A stretch of 49,911 bases of DNA from a bacterium (GTDB lineage: Bacteria; Patescibacteriota; Minisyncoccia; Minisyncoccales; PEYH01): assembly GCA_021161645.1 (NCBI GenBank), contig JAGHAC010000046.1, positions 1 to 49,911 on the forward strand. Reading direction: 5' to 3'. The position numbers and the translations under genes were made by a program. Position 1 is the stretch's first letter, and every line of letters starts with the position of its first letter. This document shows positions 18,536 through 26,936 of the stretch, piece after piece. Below the pieces are notes generated by a model that saw only the letters and a list, made by a program, of their open reading frames with translations, searched no databases and was not told the origin of the DNA.

Positions 18536-19032
18536 GCACTTTTTTCACATTTTTGATTTTTAATTATTGTTGAGCAACATACAGCAATGGCTATGGCGTC
18601 AGCAGCATCATCTGGCTTCGGGATTTCCTTCAGCTGAAACATTTCTTGTATCATTCTTTGGATTTGTTTTTTTTGAGCGCGACCATAACCTACAATGTTT
18701 AGTTTAACTTGAAGAGGGCTAAACTCATAAACTGGAATTTTGTTTTTTGCCGCCCAAAATAAAATTACTCCCTTAGTTTGACTTACTTTTATAGCTGTTT
18801 TTGAATTTTTAAAGAAAAAAACACTTTCTATTGCTAGAATATCGGGTTTGTTTTTTTTAACTATCTGTTTCAGTTTCTTATATGTTTGATTAAGCCTTTG
18901 AGCGTCTGAGAAATTCGGGGTAGTATAGATGCAACCATATTCGATTAAGCTTAATTTTCCTGTTTTTTTACTGAATCTTATCAGTCCGTAGCCAGTAGTT
19001 GCTGTCCCAGGATCTATGCCCAAGATAATCAT
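18532..19032 (-). CDS. ruvC: Holliday junction resolvase RuvC
   Basis: 'ILGIDPG..TGYG', 'AIE', 'PDDAADAIAIA'. Confidence 0.96.
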   Translation of the reverse strand: MIILGIDPGTATTGYGLIRFSKKTGKLSLIEYGCIYTTPNFSDAQRLNQTYKKLKQIVKKNKPDILAIESVFFFKNSKTAIKVSQTKGVILFWAAKNKIPVYEFSPLQVKLNIVGYGRAQKKQIQRMIQEMFQLKEIPKPDDAADAIAIAVCCSTIIKNQKCEKSA

Positions 19033-19035
19033 ATT

Positions 19036-19758
19036 TTAAGAGAGCTTAATATTAGAGTAAATTTCCTGCACATCATCATTTTCGTTCAACGCCTCAAATA
19101 GTTTTTCCGCCTGTCTTTTTGTTTCTTCTGGAACTTCTATCTCTTCTTTTGGCACCCAGCCAAGAGCTGCCGACTCTATTTTTAGATTGAGATTTTTTAA
19201 GTTGTCTTTTACTTTTTCTAATTGATCCGGTTTGGTGTAGATTTCTAATACAGAATCTTGCCATTTTAAGTCTTCTGCTCCAGCTTCTATTGCTTGAAGT
19301 TCAACGCTTTCCTTCTCTTTATTTTCTGTGTCAACGGTGATTATTCCTGATTTATAAAACATCCATCGTTGGGATCCTTCCTGCGCTAGTTTTCCGTTGT
19401 GTTTCGCGAGAATGTTTTTAATTTCATTCAGAGTTCGATTTTTATTATTCGTGATGCCCTCAATAATGATTGCTATTTTCCCTCCTGGTCCCAAAGCATC
19501 GAAGGTAAATTCTTCTAAGCTTTCTCCCTCAATCTTTCCTGCGCCTCGCTGAATAGCTCTTTCAATATTTTCATTTGGCATTCTAAATTCCTTAGCTCTT
19601 TCAATAGCCATTCTTAACCGAGAATTGGTTTCCGGATCAGCACCATCTCTCGCAGCAACACTAATAACCCGCGCCAACTTAGAAAAGATTTGGGCTCTTT
19701 TTTTATCTTCAAGCTCTTTTTTATGTTTTATACCATGCCAATGGCTGTGACCAGACAT
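19036..19758 (-). CDS. yebC: YebC/PmpR family protein
   Basis: 'MSGHSHWHGIKHKK', 'NKNRT', 'DDVQEIYSN'. Classic ruvC neighbour. Confidence 0.95.
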   Translation of the reverse strand: MSGHSHWHGIKHKKELEDKKRAQIFSKLARVISVAARDGADPETNSRLRMAIERAKEFRMPNENIERAIQRGAGKIEGESLEEFTFDALGPGGKIAIIIEGITNNKNRTLNEIKNILAKHNGKLAQEGSQRWMFYKSGIITVDTENKEKESVELQAIEAGAEDLKWQDSVLEIYTKPDQLEKVKDNLKNLNLKIESAALGWVPKEEIEVPEETKRQAEKLFEALNENDDVQEIYSNIKLS

Positions 19759-19766
19759 ATGTAAAA

Positions 19767-20489
19767 TTAATAATTTTTCTTCCTTCTATTAAATTTAAAT
19801 TTAGAAAAGAGAAAAGTCAAAGAAAAGGAGGAGATATTTGCCAAGAGAAGTTGAGAGAGAAAGGAGTTTTTGGCAGAAAAGGTTTTTAGGCTTATTCTCT
19901 CTTTATCTGGGGTATTTTCTGCTTGTTTTTTGAGGGAAAGAACTAAGTTTTTTCTTTTTGGAGTTCCGCTAGGATAAATACTAGTTTGCCAGTTTTTAGG
20001 ATCTGATCCCGGCACATAAGCACTTCTTCTTTCCATAGTTCTTTTTGTCTTATTGTCTCCCGCAAACCATCCTTCTTTACAGTTAACTTCGTCAACTATT
20101 TTACCCCTTTTGTTTATTAGCATCAAATATCCTCCGCTATTTTTTAACGCGCCAGTATAAATAAAATCCGCCTTAATATCAGGTAGTGTTTCTTCCGAAG
20201 TTCTTTCTAAAGTAAAAAAAGAAAAAGGCGTAATTTTTCCCTTAAGAACAATATTTATTTTCCCAAGCCTGTCTATAAGCCGCCAACCATTTATATTTAT
20301 GTTTTTGTCGGTGGGATTATAAAGCTCGATCCACTCTTTGGTATAGTCATTTTTACTTCCCGCCCAGGCGATTTCGTTTATTACAACCGATTCTACCTTA
20401 GCCCAACAGGTTGAGGTTTGCCAAAACAGACTTACAGAAATAAAAAAGAATATTTTTGATATAATCTTTGACAATATGACTTTTGACAC
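19767..20489 (-). CDS. Lamin-tail-domain (LTD) surface protein
   Basis: Signal peptide, 'VVINEIAW...EWIELYNPT...INGWRL', 'LKNSG' and 'GTP' LTD motifs, and a possible C-terminal membrane anchor. GTG start. Confidence 0.8.
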   Translation of the reverse strand: MSKVILSKIISKIFFFISVSLFWQTSTCWAKVESVVINEIAWAGSKNDYTKEWIELYNPTDKNININGWRLIDRLGKINIVLKGKITPFSFFTLERTSEETLPDIKADFIYTGALKNSGGYLMLINKRGKIVDEVNCKEGWFAGDNKTKRTMERRSAYVPGSDPKNWQTSIYPSGTPKRKNLVLSLKKQAENTPDKERISLKTFSAKNSFLSQLLLANISSFSLTFLFSKFKFNRRKKNY

Positions 20490-20509
20490 GCTTGCTTTTA
20501 AAATAATTT

Positions 20510-21517
20510 TTAGAAAGACATTTGGCTATTTTTAGAAGAAATTCCCAAATGGGTGTAAGCAAGGTCGGTTGCTATTCTGCCCCGTTGGGTTCTTTTTAAA
20601 AGCCCTAACTGAAGGAGGTAAGGCTCATATATTTCTAAGATAGTGTCAATTTCTTCTCCTACTGTTGCTGCTAATGCTTGAATTCCTACGGGCCCGCCAT
20701 TAAACTTTTGGATTATCGCCCTTAAAATTTTTCGATCTGCTTCTTCTAATCCCAGTTTATCAATTCCCATAGCCTCAAACCCTAAAATGGCTATTTGTTT
20801 GTCAATAATACCATTTCCTTCAATCTGGGCGAAATCGCGAAGCCTTTTTAAAAGTCTGTTTGCTACTCGAGGCGTAAAACGACATCTTTCCGAAATGAAT
20901 TCTACGGCTTTCTCAGTTATTTCTACCCCGAGAATTTTGGCAGAACGTCCGATGATTTTTTTGATATCTTCTTTTGTGTAGAAATTTAATTGAAAAGTGG
21001 CTCCAAAACGACTTCTTAAAGGAGAAGATAAAAGAGCTATTCTTGTTGTTGCTCCTATAAGAGTAAATTTTGGGAGCTTGAGTTCAATTGTTCTTGCCAT
21101 AACTCCTCTGCCGGCCATAAGGTGCAATTTAAAATCTTCCATTGCAGGATAGATCAACTCTTCACATGTTTTACTTAGTCTATGAATTTCATCTATAAAA
21201 AGAATGTCTCCTTCTGATAGGTTAGTAAGAAGAGCTGCCAAATCTCCGGGTTTTTCAATCATAGGACCGGCAGTAATTCTGATATTTGTCTTTAGCTCTT
21301 TAGCAATAAGATAAGCAAGCGTTGTTTTACCTAATCCAGGAGATCCATAGAAGAGGAGATGATCTGGATTTTCCTTTCTTTTTTTTGCCGCCTCAATAAT
21401 AACTTTCAGGTTTTTTTTAACCCGTTCCTGTCCAATATACTCTTCCCATTTTTGAGGCCGTAAAACAGCATCTATTGTCTCCTCGGTTGCGCGTGGGGTT
21501 TCTCCCTTGACAGACAT
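20510..21517 (-). CDS. ruvB: Holliday junction branch-migration ATPase RuvB
   Basis: 'LRP..W.EYIGQ', 'GSPGLGKTT', 'LFIDEIHRL', 'TPRVANRLLKRLRDF'. Confidence 0.97.
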   Translation of the reverse strand: MSVKGETPRATEETIDAVLRPQKWEEYIGQERVKKNLKVIIEAAKKRKENPDHLLFYGSPGLGKTTLAYLIAKELKTNIRITAGPMIEKPGDLAALLTNLSEGDILFIDEIHRLSKTCEELIYPAMEDFKLHLMAGRGVMARTIELKLPKFTLIGATTRIALLSSPLRSRFGATFQLNFYTKEDIKKIIGRSAKILGVEITEKAVEFISERCRFTPRVANRLLKRLRDFAQIEGNGIIDKQIAILGFEAMGIDKLGLEEADRKILRAIIQKFNGGPVGIQALAATVGEEIDTILEIYEPYLLQLGLLKRTQRGRIATDLAYTHLGISSKNSQMSF

Positions 21518-21535
21518 TTTGATGTTTGCTATAAT
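21507..21535 (+). promoter_or_regulatory. Perfect consensus sigma70 promoter driving the intergenic structured RNA
   Basis: TTGACA (21507-21512)-17 nt-TATAAT (21530-21535). The expected +1 near 21541-21542 coincides with the first base of a long stem. Confidence 0.8.
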
Positions 21536-21540
21536 ATGTT

Positions 21541-21657
21541 AAGTCCCTGACTGGAAGAGGAATTTTTCTTAGCTACTGGGTAGCCTGGCTCTGGCTGGGC
21601 TATGCCTCGGAAAAATTCTGGTTTTGGTTGCTTTCCAAGATTTCCAGTCAGGGATTT
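21541..21657 (+). ncRNA. Candidate structured ncRNA (~117 nt; possibly a minimal 6S-like RNA)
   Basis: 16-bp closing stem 21541-21556/21642-21657, inner stem GAATTTTTC/GAAAAATTC, apical stem TAGCCTGGC/GCTGGGCTA and a side hairpin. G-U pairs work only on the + strand. GC-rich relative to its flanks and behind a perfect promoter. Confidence 0.7.
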
Positions 21658-21672
21658 TAAATTTTTAAGTTG

Positions 21673-22980
21673 TTATCTTTCCATGGCTACTCTTTTTACC
21701 TCTTCTATGGTGGTAATTTTCTCTATAACCTTTATCAAACCATCTTTATACATAGAAACCATTCCTCTTTTCTCCGCCAGTTTTCTCATCTCGGAGACAG
21801 ATGGTTTTTTAAGAATCAGGTCTTCCATTTCAGAATCTACTAAAAAAGCTTCAAAAATGCCCACTCTTCCTTTATAACCAGTAAAGTTGCAGTATTTGCA
21901 ACCTTTTGCTTCCATAACTTCTAAATCCTGAGAAATTTTAGGAATTTTAATATCTTTGGGTAAGTTAGAGAATTCTGATTTTAACATTTGGAATTCTTCA
22001 GGACTAATTTTTCTAGGGAGAGCACATTTTGGACAAATTTTTCTTACCAATCTTTGGGCAATAACCATATTAATTGCCGGTGCAATATTAATAGGATTTG
22101 CTCCCAAAGATGCCAGTCTTGGAATAGCACCCGGAGCATCGTTTGTATGAAGAGTAGAAAAAACAAGATGTCCGGTAAGAGCAGCCTGTAGAGCAATTTC
22201 AGCGGTTTCTTTATCTCTGATTTCTCCTACTAGAATAACATCCGGATCTTGACGAACAATGGACCTAAGGCCATTTGCAAAATCGTATCCTTTTTCTGGG
22301 TGAACTTCTGTTTGCGAGATTCCTTCTAATCTGTACTCAATTGGATCTTCGATAGTAATAATTTTAATCTCAGGCTTTTGAAGGAAGCGCAGGAAAGCAT
22401 ACAAAGTAGTAGTTTTTCCTGAACCAGTAGGACCAGTCACAATAATCATTCCGTTTGGTTTCTGGATTTCATTTTTAAATAATTCTAGAAGATCTTTTCT
22501 TAACCCCAATTCTTCAATGTTTTTTAAACTTTGAGGGTTGAGAATTCTCATTACGATAGATTCTCCATAATCTGCAGGCAGGACAGAAGTTCTAATTTCT
22601 ATTTCTAATTGAGGTAGAGCAACGGAAAAACTTCCATCTTGGGCCCTATCGTGAATGTTTAGTTTTAGTCCCGCCAACAATTTTATTCGCGAAAGCAAAA
22701 GATGGTATGTTTCTACTCGAAAAGAGAAAACATCTTGTAGCATTCCGTCTAACCGGATTCTTAAACGAACACTTTCTTCCTGTGGTTCTAGATGAATGTC
22801 TGAAGCAAATAAATGAATTGATCCAGTCAAGATCAAGCCGAGAAGATCACTAATATCTTTATCAAGAAATTTTTCTATTTCTTTGGCAAAATCAGAAACG
22901 CTTTCGATTTCTTTTTGAGCCAGTTTCTGAATTTCTGGAGGTATAACAATTTTGTCTGTTATTGTTACCATAGAATTCAA
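21673..22980 (-). CDS. GspE/PilB-family ATPase (short, lacking the N-terminal domain)
   Basis: 'ASDIHLEP', 'RLDGML', 'GPTGSGKTTT', 'IEDPIEY', 'RQDPDVILVGEIRD', His box, and two CxxC motifs. Confidence 0.92.
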   Translation of the reverse strand: MNSMVTITDKIVIPPEIQKLAQKEIESVSDFAKEIEKFLDKDISDLLGLILTGSIHLFASDIHLEPQEESVRLRIRLDGMLQDVFSFRVETYHLLLSRIKLLAGLKLNIHDRAQDGSFSVALPQLEIEIRTSVLPADYGESIVMRILNPQSLKNIEELGLRKDLLELFKNEIQKPNGMIIVTGPTGSGKTTTLYAFLRFLQKPEIKIITIEDPIEYRLEGISQTEVHPEKGYDFANGLRSIVRQDPDVILVGEIRDKETAEIALQAALTGHLVFSTLHTNDAPGAIPRLASLGANPINIAPAINMVIAQRLVRKICPKCALPRKISPEEFQMLKSEFSNLPKDIKIPKISQDLEVMEAKGCKYCNFTGYKGRVGIFEAFLVDSEMEDLILKKPSVSEMRKLAEKRGMVSMYKDGLIKVIEKITTIEEVKRVAMER

Positions 22981-24059
22981 CAGCTTGAAATTTCTTGTAT
23001 TAGTTTCTCCTTTTTTTCTTTCGGTATTTGGAAGAGAAGGGCTTTTCCATTGGTTTGCCCTCCAAATTTAGAAGCAAGTCTAACCAATGTTTCTTTTTCT
23101 GGAAAATAAAAAACCCCTCCAAGAGATGATAAGTCAGCATGGGACTCCCATAAAATTAGAAGAGAGGGGAAATTGAATACTTGAACGCGAAGCATTTTAA
23201 TAAGATAAATAATTTTTTGACGATCTATATCAGCGAATTCCTTTTTGGTTAAGATCACTAAAGGAATATTGTTTTCGCCTATTACTTTAATTCTTTTTAA
23301 TACTTTCTCAGAAAAAGTCAAAACTTCGGGATTAGGATTTCTCAAAAAGAGCCTTAGAATATTTTTTATTTCTAAAGCATTTCTTTGGGCAAGGGTAAAA
23401 ACCTGTAATATTTTTTCGGGATCTTTTTTGTAATAGTCAATTATTCCTACAAAAAGATTTTCTAGCAAAATTTTATCTTCTGTTTTTGGCAAAAGATTTA
23501 TGGCCAGTTGATGAACTATTTCCGAAAGAGCCATATCCTTTTTTATCCAATTTATTTGCCCAAAATTAAAATTGTCTTTTTGGTTATCTATATTCAAAAT
23601 GAAACCCTCAAAAAATGTTTTAAAGTTTTTTTCATAATATTCTCCTAACTCTTCTAAATTTCTTACTCCAAGAGAAATAATTAAATCAACATTTAAATTT
23701 AGAGGATCGTCTTCTAAAGAAAAAAGACGAATGTTGTTAGAAGAGGAGGAGTTTTTTGATAAGGTAATTAGCAATCGGAAAGATTCGGAGCTTTTTTGAT
23801 AATACAGTTCAGAGATATTGTTTGGAGGTGAGATTTCCAGAATATAGGTATCAAGGTTATCGATAGGGTGAGGCAAAAGAGAGAATTTATTCTTGATTGT
23901 TTCCGGATAAATATTTACTTTTTTGCCAATCCTTTTTAGAGTGTAAAAAAGGCAAAAAAACGCAGATATTAAATCTAAAGTTAATTTACCACTTTTGGTA
24001 ACTAAAAGCACAGACTGAGAGTTGATTATTTTTTGTCTAATCTCTTGAAGTTCGTCCAT
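22977..24059 (-). CDS. Degenerate DHH-phosphoesterase-like protein
   Basis: Motif layout resembles DHH/NrnA ('DLIISLG', 'ILNIDNQKDNFNFGQINW', 'SEIV', 'FGG') but the catalytic residues are substituted. Start set at the ATG at 24059. Confidence 0.55.
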   Translation of the reverse strand: MDELQEIRQKIINSQSVLLVTKSGKLTLDLISAFFCLFYTLKRIGKKVNIYPETIKNKFSLLPHPIDNLDTYILEISPPNNISELYYQKSSESFRLLITLSKNSSSSNNIRLFSLEDDPLNLNVDLIISLGVRNLEELGEYYEKNFKTFFEGFILNIDNQKDNFNFGQINWIKKDMALSEIVHQLAINLLPKTEDKILLENLFVGIIDYYKKDPEKILQVFTLAQRNALEIKNILRLFLRNPNPEVLTFSEKVLKRIKVIGENNIPLVILTKKEFADIDRQKIIYLIKMLRVQVFNFPSLLILWESHADLSSLGGVFYFPEKETLVRLASKFGGQTNGKALLFQIPKEKKEKLIQEISSC

Positions 24060-24112
24060 AATCTTTTTCAATTTAATTCCAAAGATTCCAAAAGTCAATT
24101 TTGTGAGATTTA

Positions 24113-24613
24113 ATGAAATCTAAAGCAAATAACAAGAAAAAATTATTGTGTGCTTCTCTTTCAGCACGAGAAACCCGCAAAATGGGTAAAATTTTTGCCC
24201 GCAAAGTTTTAAATTGTGGTTTCTTAAACAAAAATCTAAGAAAACAGGCAATAGTCATAGCTTTGGAGGGAGATTTAGGCGGCGGGAAAACAACTTTTGC
24301 TCAAGGATTTGCTAAGGGACTGGGCATTGAAAGAAAAATTTTAAGCCCTACATTTGTGATTATAAAAAGATATCCAATTCCAGCAGTAAAGAGTAGCTAT
24401 TTCTGCCACATAGATTGTTATCGAATTAAATCTTCAAAAGATCTTAAAAGCATAGGAATAAAAAGATTAATAAAAGACACAAGAAATATTATTATTATTG
24501 AATGGGCTGAAAAAATTAGAGAAATACTTCCCGAAGACACCATTTGGATCCGTTTTGAGTTTGTAGATTTAAAGAAGAGAAGAATTTATAGTTCTTGGTG
24601 CGGGAAAAATTAA
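24113..24613 (+). CDS. tsaE: tRNA t6A biosynthesis ATPase TsaE
   Basis: 'LEGDLGGGKTTF', 'SPTF', 'HIDCYR', 'IEWAE'. Confidence 0.95.
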   Translation: MKSKANNKKKLLCASLSARETRKMGKIFARKVLNCGFLNKNLRKQAIVIALEGDLGGGKTTFAQGFAKGLGIERKILSPTFVIIKRYPIPAVKSSYFCHIDCYRIKSSKDLKSIGIKRLIKDTRNIIIIEWAEKIREILPEDTIWIRFEFVDLKKRRIYSSWCGKN

Positions 24614-24624
24614 TATTCTCTTTT

Positions 24625-25590
24625 ATGGAAAAGAAGAAAATAATCATTATAGATGGCAATGCGATAGTCCATCGTGCTTATCATGCGTTACCAAAACTTA
24701 CCACAAAATCAGGCAAGGTTGTTAATGCTGTTTATGGCTTTCTTTTAATCTTGTGGAGGGTATTTAAGGACTTTAAACCGGATTTTGCGATTGTTGCTTT
24801 TGATTTCCCCGCTCCGACCTTCAGAGATAAAATTTATAAAGAATACAAAGCTAAAAGAAAAAAGGCGCCTGACGAACTGTATGAGCAAATACCAGAGGTA
24901 AAAAAAGTTCTTAGGGCTTTCGGAATTAAATTTTTTGAGCTTAAGGGTTATGAGGCAGACGATCTTATAGGCACAATTGTAAAATTGGCAGAAAAAAAAC
25001 AGATTTTCCCCAAAATAGAGGTAATTATTACAACAGGAGACTTAGATGCGCTTCAGTTGATCGATAATCAGACAAAAGTTCTTCTTCTGAAAAGAGGTAT
25101 TAAAGAGGCGGTTTTATACGATAAAGAAGAAGTTAAAAAAAGATATCAGATAGAACCTGAGCAATTAATTGATTTTAAGGCTCTGAGGGGGGATCCTTCA
25201 GACAATATTCCAGGGATTTCTGGCATAGGAGAAAAAACAGCTATTAATTTAGTTAAGCAGTTTGGCTCTTTAGAAAATCTTTACAAAGCAATAGAAGAGA
25301 ATCGCGATATTACAAAAAAAATATCTCCGAGGGTAAGGGAGCAGTTAATGCGCTCAAAAGAAGAGGCTTTTTTTTCGAGAAAACTCGTTGAGATTAGAAA
25401 AGACGCTCCTATAAATTTTAATTTGCAAGAATGTAGAATTGATAAAGAGAATTTATCTAAGGCAAAGAAGATCTTAGAGGAATTTGAGTTTTTTAGCTTA
25501 ATCAAAAGGCTTCCAGAGATTTTTAATTCTAAAACAGAAGAAGAGCAATTATCTAATAGTCAAGAATCAATCCAACAAAAACTTGTCTAG
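24625..25590 (+). CDS. Stand-alone 5'-3' exonuclease/flap endonuclease (PolA N-terminal domain)
   Basis: 'IDGNAIVHRAYHA', 'YKAKR', 'EADDLIGT', 'TGDLD', 'GDPSDNIPG..GIGEKTA'. No polymerase domain follows. Confidence 0.92.
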   Translation: MEKKKIIIIDGNAIVHRAYHALPKLTTKSGKVVNAVYGFLLILWRVFKDFKPDFAIVAFDFPAPTFRDKIYKEYKAKRKKAPDELYEQIPEVKKVLRAFGIKFFELKGYEADDLIGTIVKLAEKKQIFPKIEVIITTGDLDALQLIDNQTKVLLLKRGIKEAVLYDKEEVKKRYQIEPEQLIDFKALRGDPSDNIPGISGIGEKTAINLVKQFGSLENLYKAIEENRDITKKISPRVREQLMRSKEEAFFSRKLVEIRKDAPINFNLQECRIDKENLSKAKKILEEFEFFSLIKRLPEIFNSKTEEEQLSNSQESIQQKLV

Positions 25591-25633
25591 CAATTTATTT
25601 TAAAAAACAAAAACATTTGATATTATTAGAGTA

Positions 25634-26317
25634 ATGAAAGCAATACAAAGAACAAAACAAGGAAGTATCTTTTTTAGAATCTTTTACGGTGTGCTAATAA
25701 TTTCGGTTTTTTCAAACCTAATTTTTGCATACATTATTCATCGCGGATATGAGACAGCAATAGATCCTTTGAGAGAAATGGTTTCAATTGAAACGTTTAG
25801 TAATATAGAGGCAAACATCTTTAATACATGGATTGTGTCAGCCTCTACTTTTATTTTTGTGGTACTAATGACAATGTTTTTTGCAGTAATCTTTACTCAA
25901 AGAATCGTTTCTCCTATTCGAGAATTAGTTAAGGTGGTTAAAAGAGCTGCCGCCGGCGATTTAAATATAAGAGTGGGGGTGAAAGGGAACGACGAATTAG
26001 CTCAGCTTGGGAAAGAGTTTAATTTTATGATAGAGCAACTCAAAAAAACCAAAGATCAGCTAGAGGAGGAAAAAAAGGTTCTGGAAATCAAGGTGAGAGC
26101 AAGAACCAGAGAGCTTGAGGAGTTGGCAGAAACTTTAGATGCTCAAGTAAAAGAAAGAACAAAGGAATTGCAGGAAAGGGTGAACCAGCTAGAGAGATTT
26201 CATAAGCTTACAATAGGAAGGGAAATGAAAATGATAGAATTAAAGAAGAAAATCCGCCAGCTTGAAAAAGAACTAGAGAGGTGCAGGTCAAAAAATTTAA
26301 ACAACTCAAAGCATTAA
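25634..26317 (+). CDS. Two-TM HAMP-domain protein with a C-terminal coiled coil and no kinase domain
   Basis: Two TM helices, HAMP 'PIRELVKVVKRAAAGDL...DELAQLGKEFNFM', and S-helix-like repeats 'VRARTRELE'/'VKERTKELQ'. Confidence 0.8.
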   Translation: MKAIQRTKQGSIFFRIFYGVLIISVFSNLIFAYIIHRGYETAIDPLREMVSIETFSNIEANIFNTWIVSASTFIFVVLMTMFFAVIFTQRIVSPIRELVKVVKRAAAGDLNIRVGVKGNDELAQLGKEFNFMIEQLKKTKDQLEEEKKVLEIKVRARTRELEELAETLDAQVKERTKELQERVNQLERFHKLTIGREMKMIELKKKIRQLEKELERCRSKNLNNSKH

Positions 26318-26325
26318 TCTTTAAT

Positions 26326-26931
26326 ATGGAGGATAGACTTAGTCAGAAAGAAGTGAGACGTTTAATGAAGATTTCCGGCAATGTAAAGGGAAGTGTAATT
26401 TTGGCAGACATAGATTATGTCAAAATTAAAGGAGGAGAGGGAGCAGTGAAGAAACTTAAAAAGAGAATGAAAGAAATTAGAATAAAATTCGAGTTAGAAA
26501 AAGTCAAGCCCATGGAGATGTATCCAGAGGCGATCAGCGTGATAATTGTTCTTTTAGCAAAAGAAATTTTGGGGCTGGACGAGAAAGGTGTTTTTGATAT
26601 GGGAAAAGCAGCGGTAAAACTTTCTTTTTTTATTAAAATTTTAACCAGATATTTTATTTCGCCAAAGAGATGTTTTGAAGAAAGTCCTCGATATTGGGCA
26701 AAACATTTTGATTTCGGTGAACTTGAAGCAGTTGAGTTTGATGAAATTGAAAAGTATGCAGTGATAAGAATTAGGGGTTATAAATTTCATCCAATAATGT
26801 GTCAATATCATAGAGGTTATTTTTTACAGATAGCTCAACTAGTTTTAGGTAAGAAGGAGATTTCGGTGGAGGAGACAAAATGTGTTTTTAGAAATGATGC
26901 TTATCATGAATATGTAATAAGCTGGAAATAA
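26326..26931 (+). CDS. V4R/HNOB-like small-ligand-binding domain protein
   Basis: C-terminal 'C.YHRGYF...VEETKCVFRNDAYHEYVISW' resembles V4R-fold proteins. Sits inside the signalling operon. Confidence 0.55.
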   Translation: MEDRLSQKEVRRLMKISGNVKGSVILADIDYVKIKGGEGAVKKLKKRMKEIRIKFELEKVKPMEMYPEAISVIIVLLAKEILGLDEKGVFDMGKAAVKLSFFIKILTRYFISPKRCFEESPRYWAKHFDFGELEAVEFDEIEKYAVIRIRGYKFHPIMCQYHRGYFLQIAQLVLGKKEISVEETKCVFRNDAYHEYVISWK

Positions 26932-26936
26932 AAAAT

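Noticed and set aside
21541..21657. SRP RNA, tRNA, or a simple terminator
   Set aside because: It lacks the SRP helix-8 GNRA loop with its CAGG/AGCAG internal loop, has no cloverleaf or TTC loop, and is too long and multi-stemmed for a terminator.
21602..21877. 91-aa + strand ORF as the target of the perfect promoter at 21507
   Set aside because: Its ATG is buried in the RNA stem, there is no RBS, and most of it is antisense to the conserved ATPase gene. An ncRNA explains the region better.
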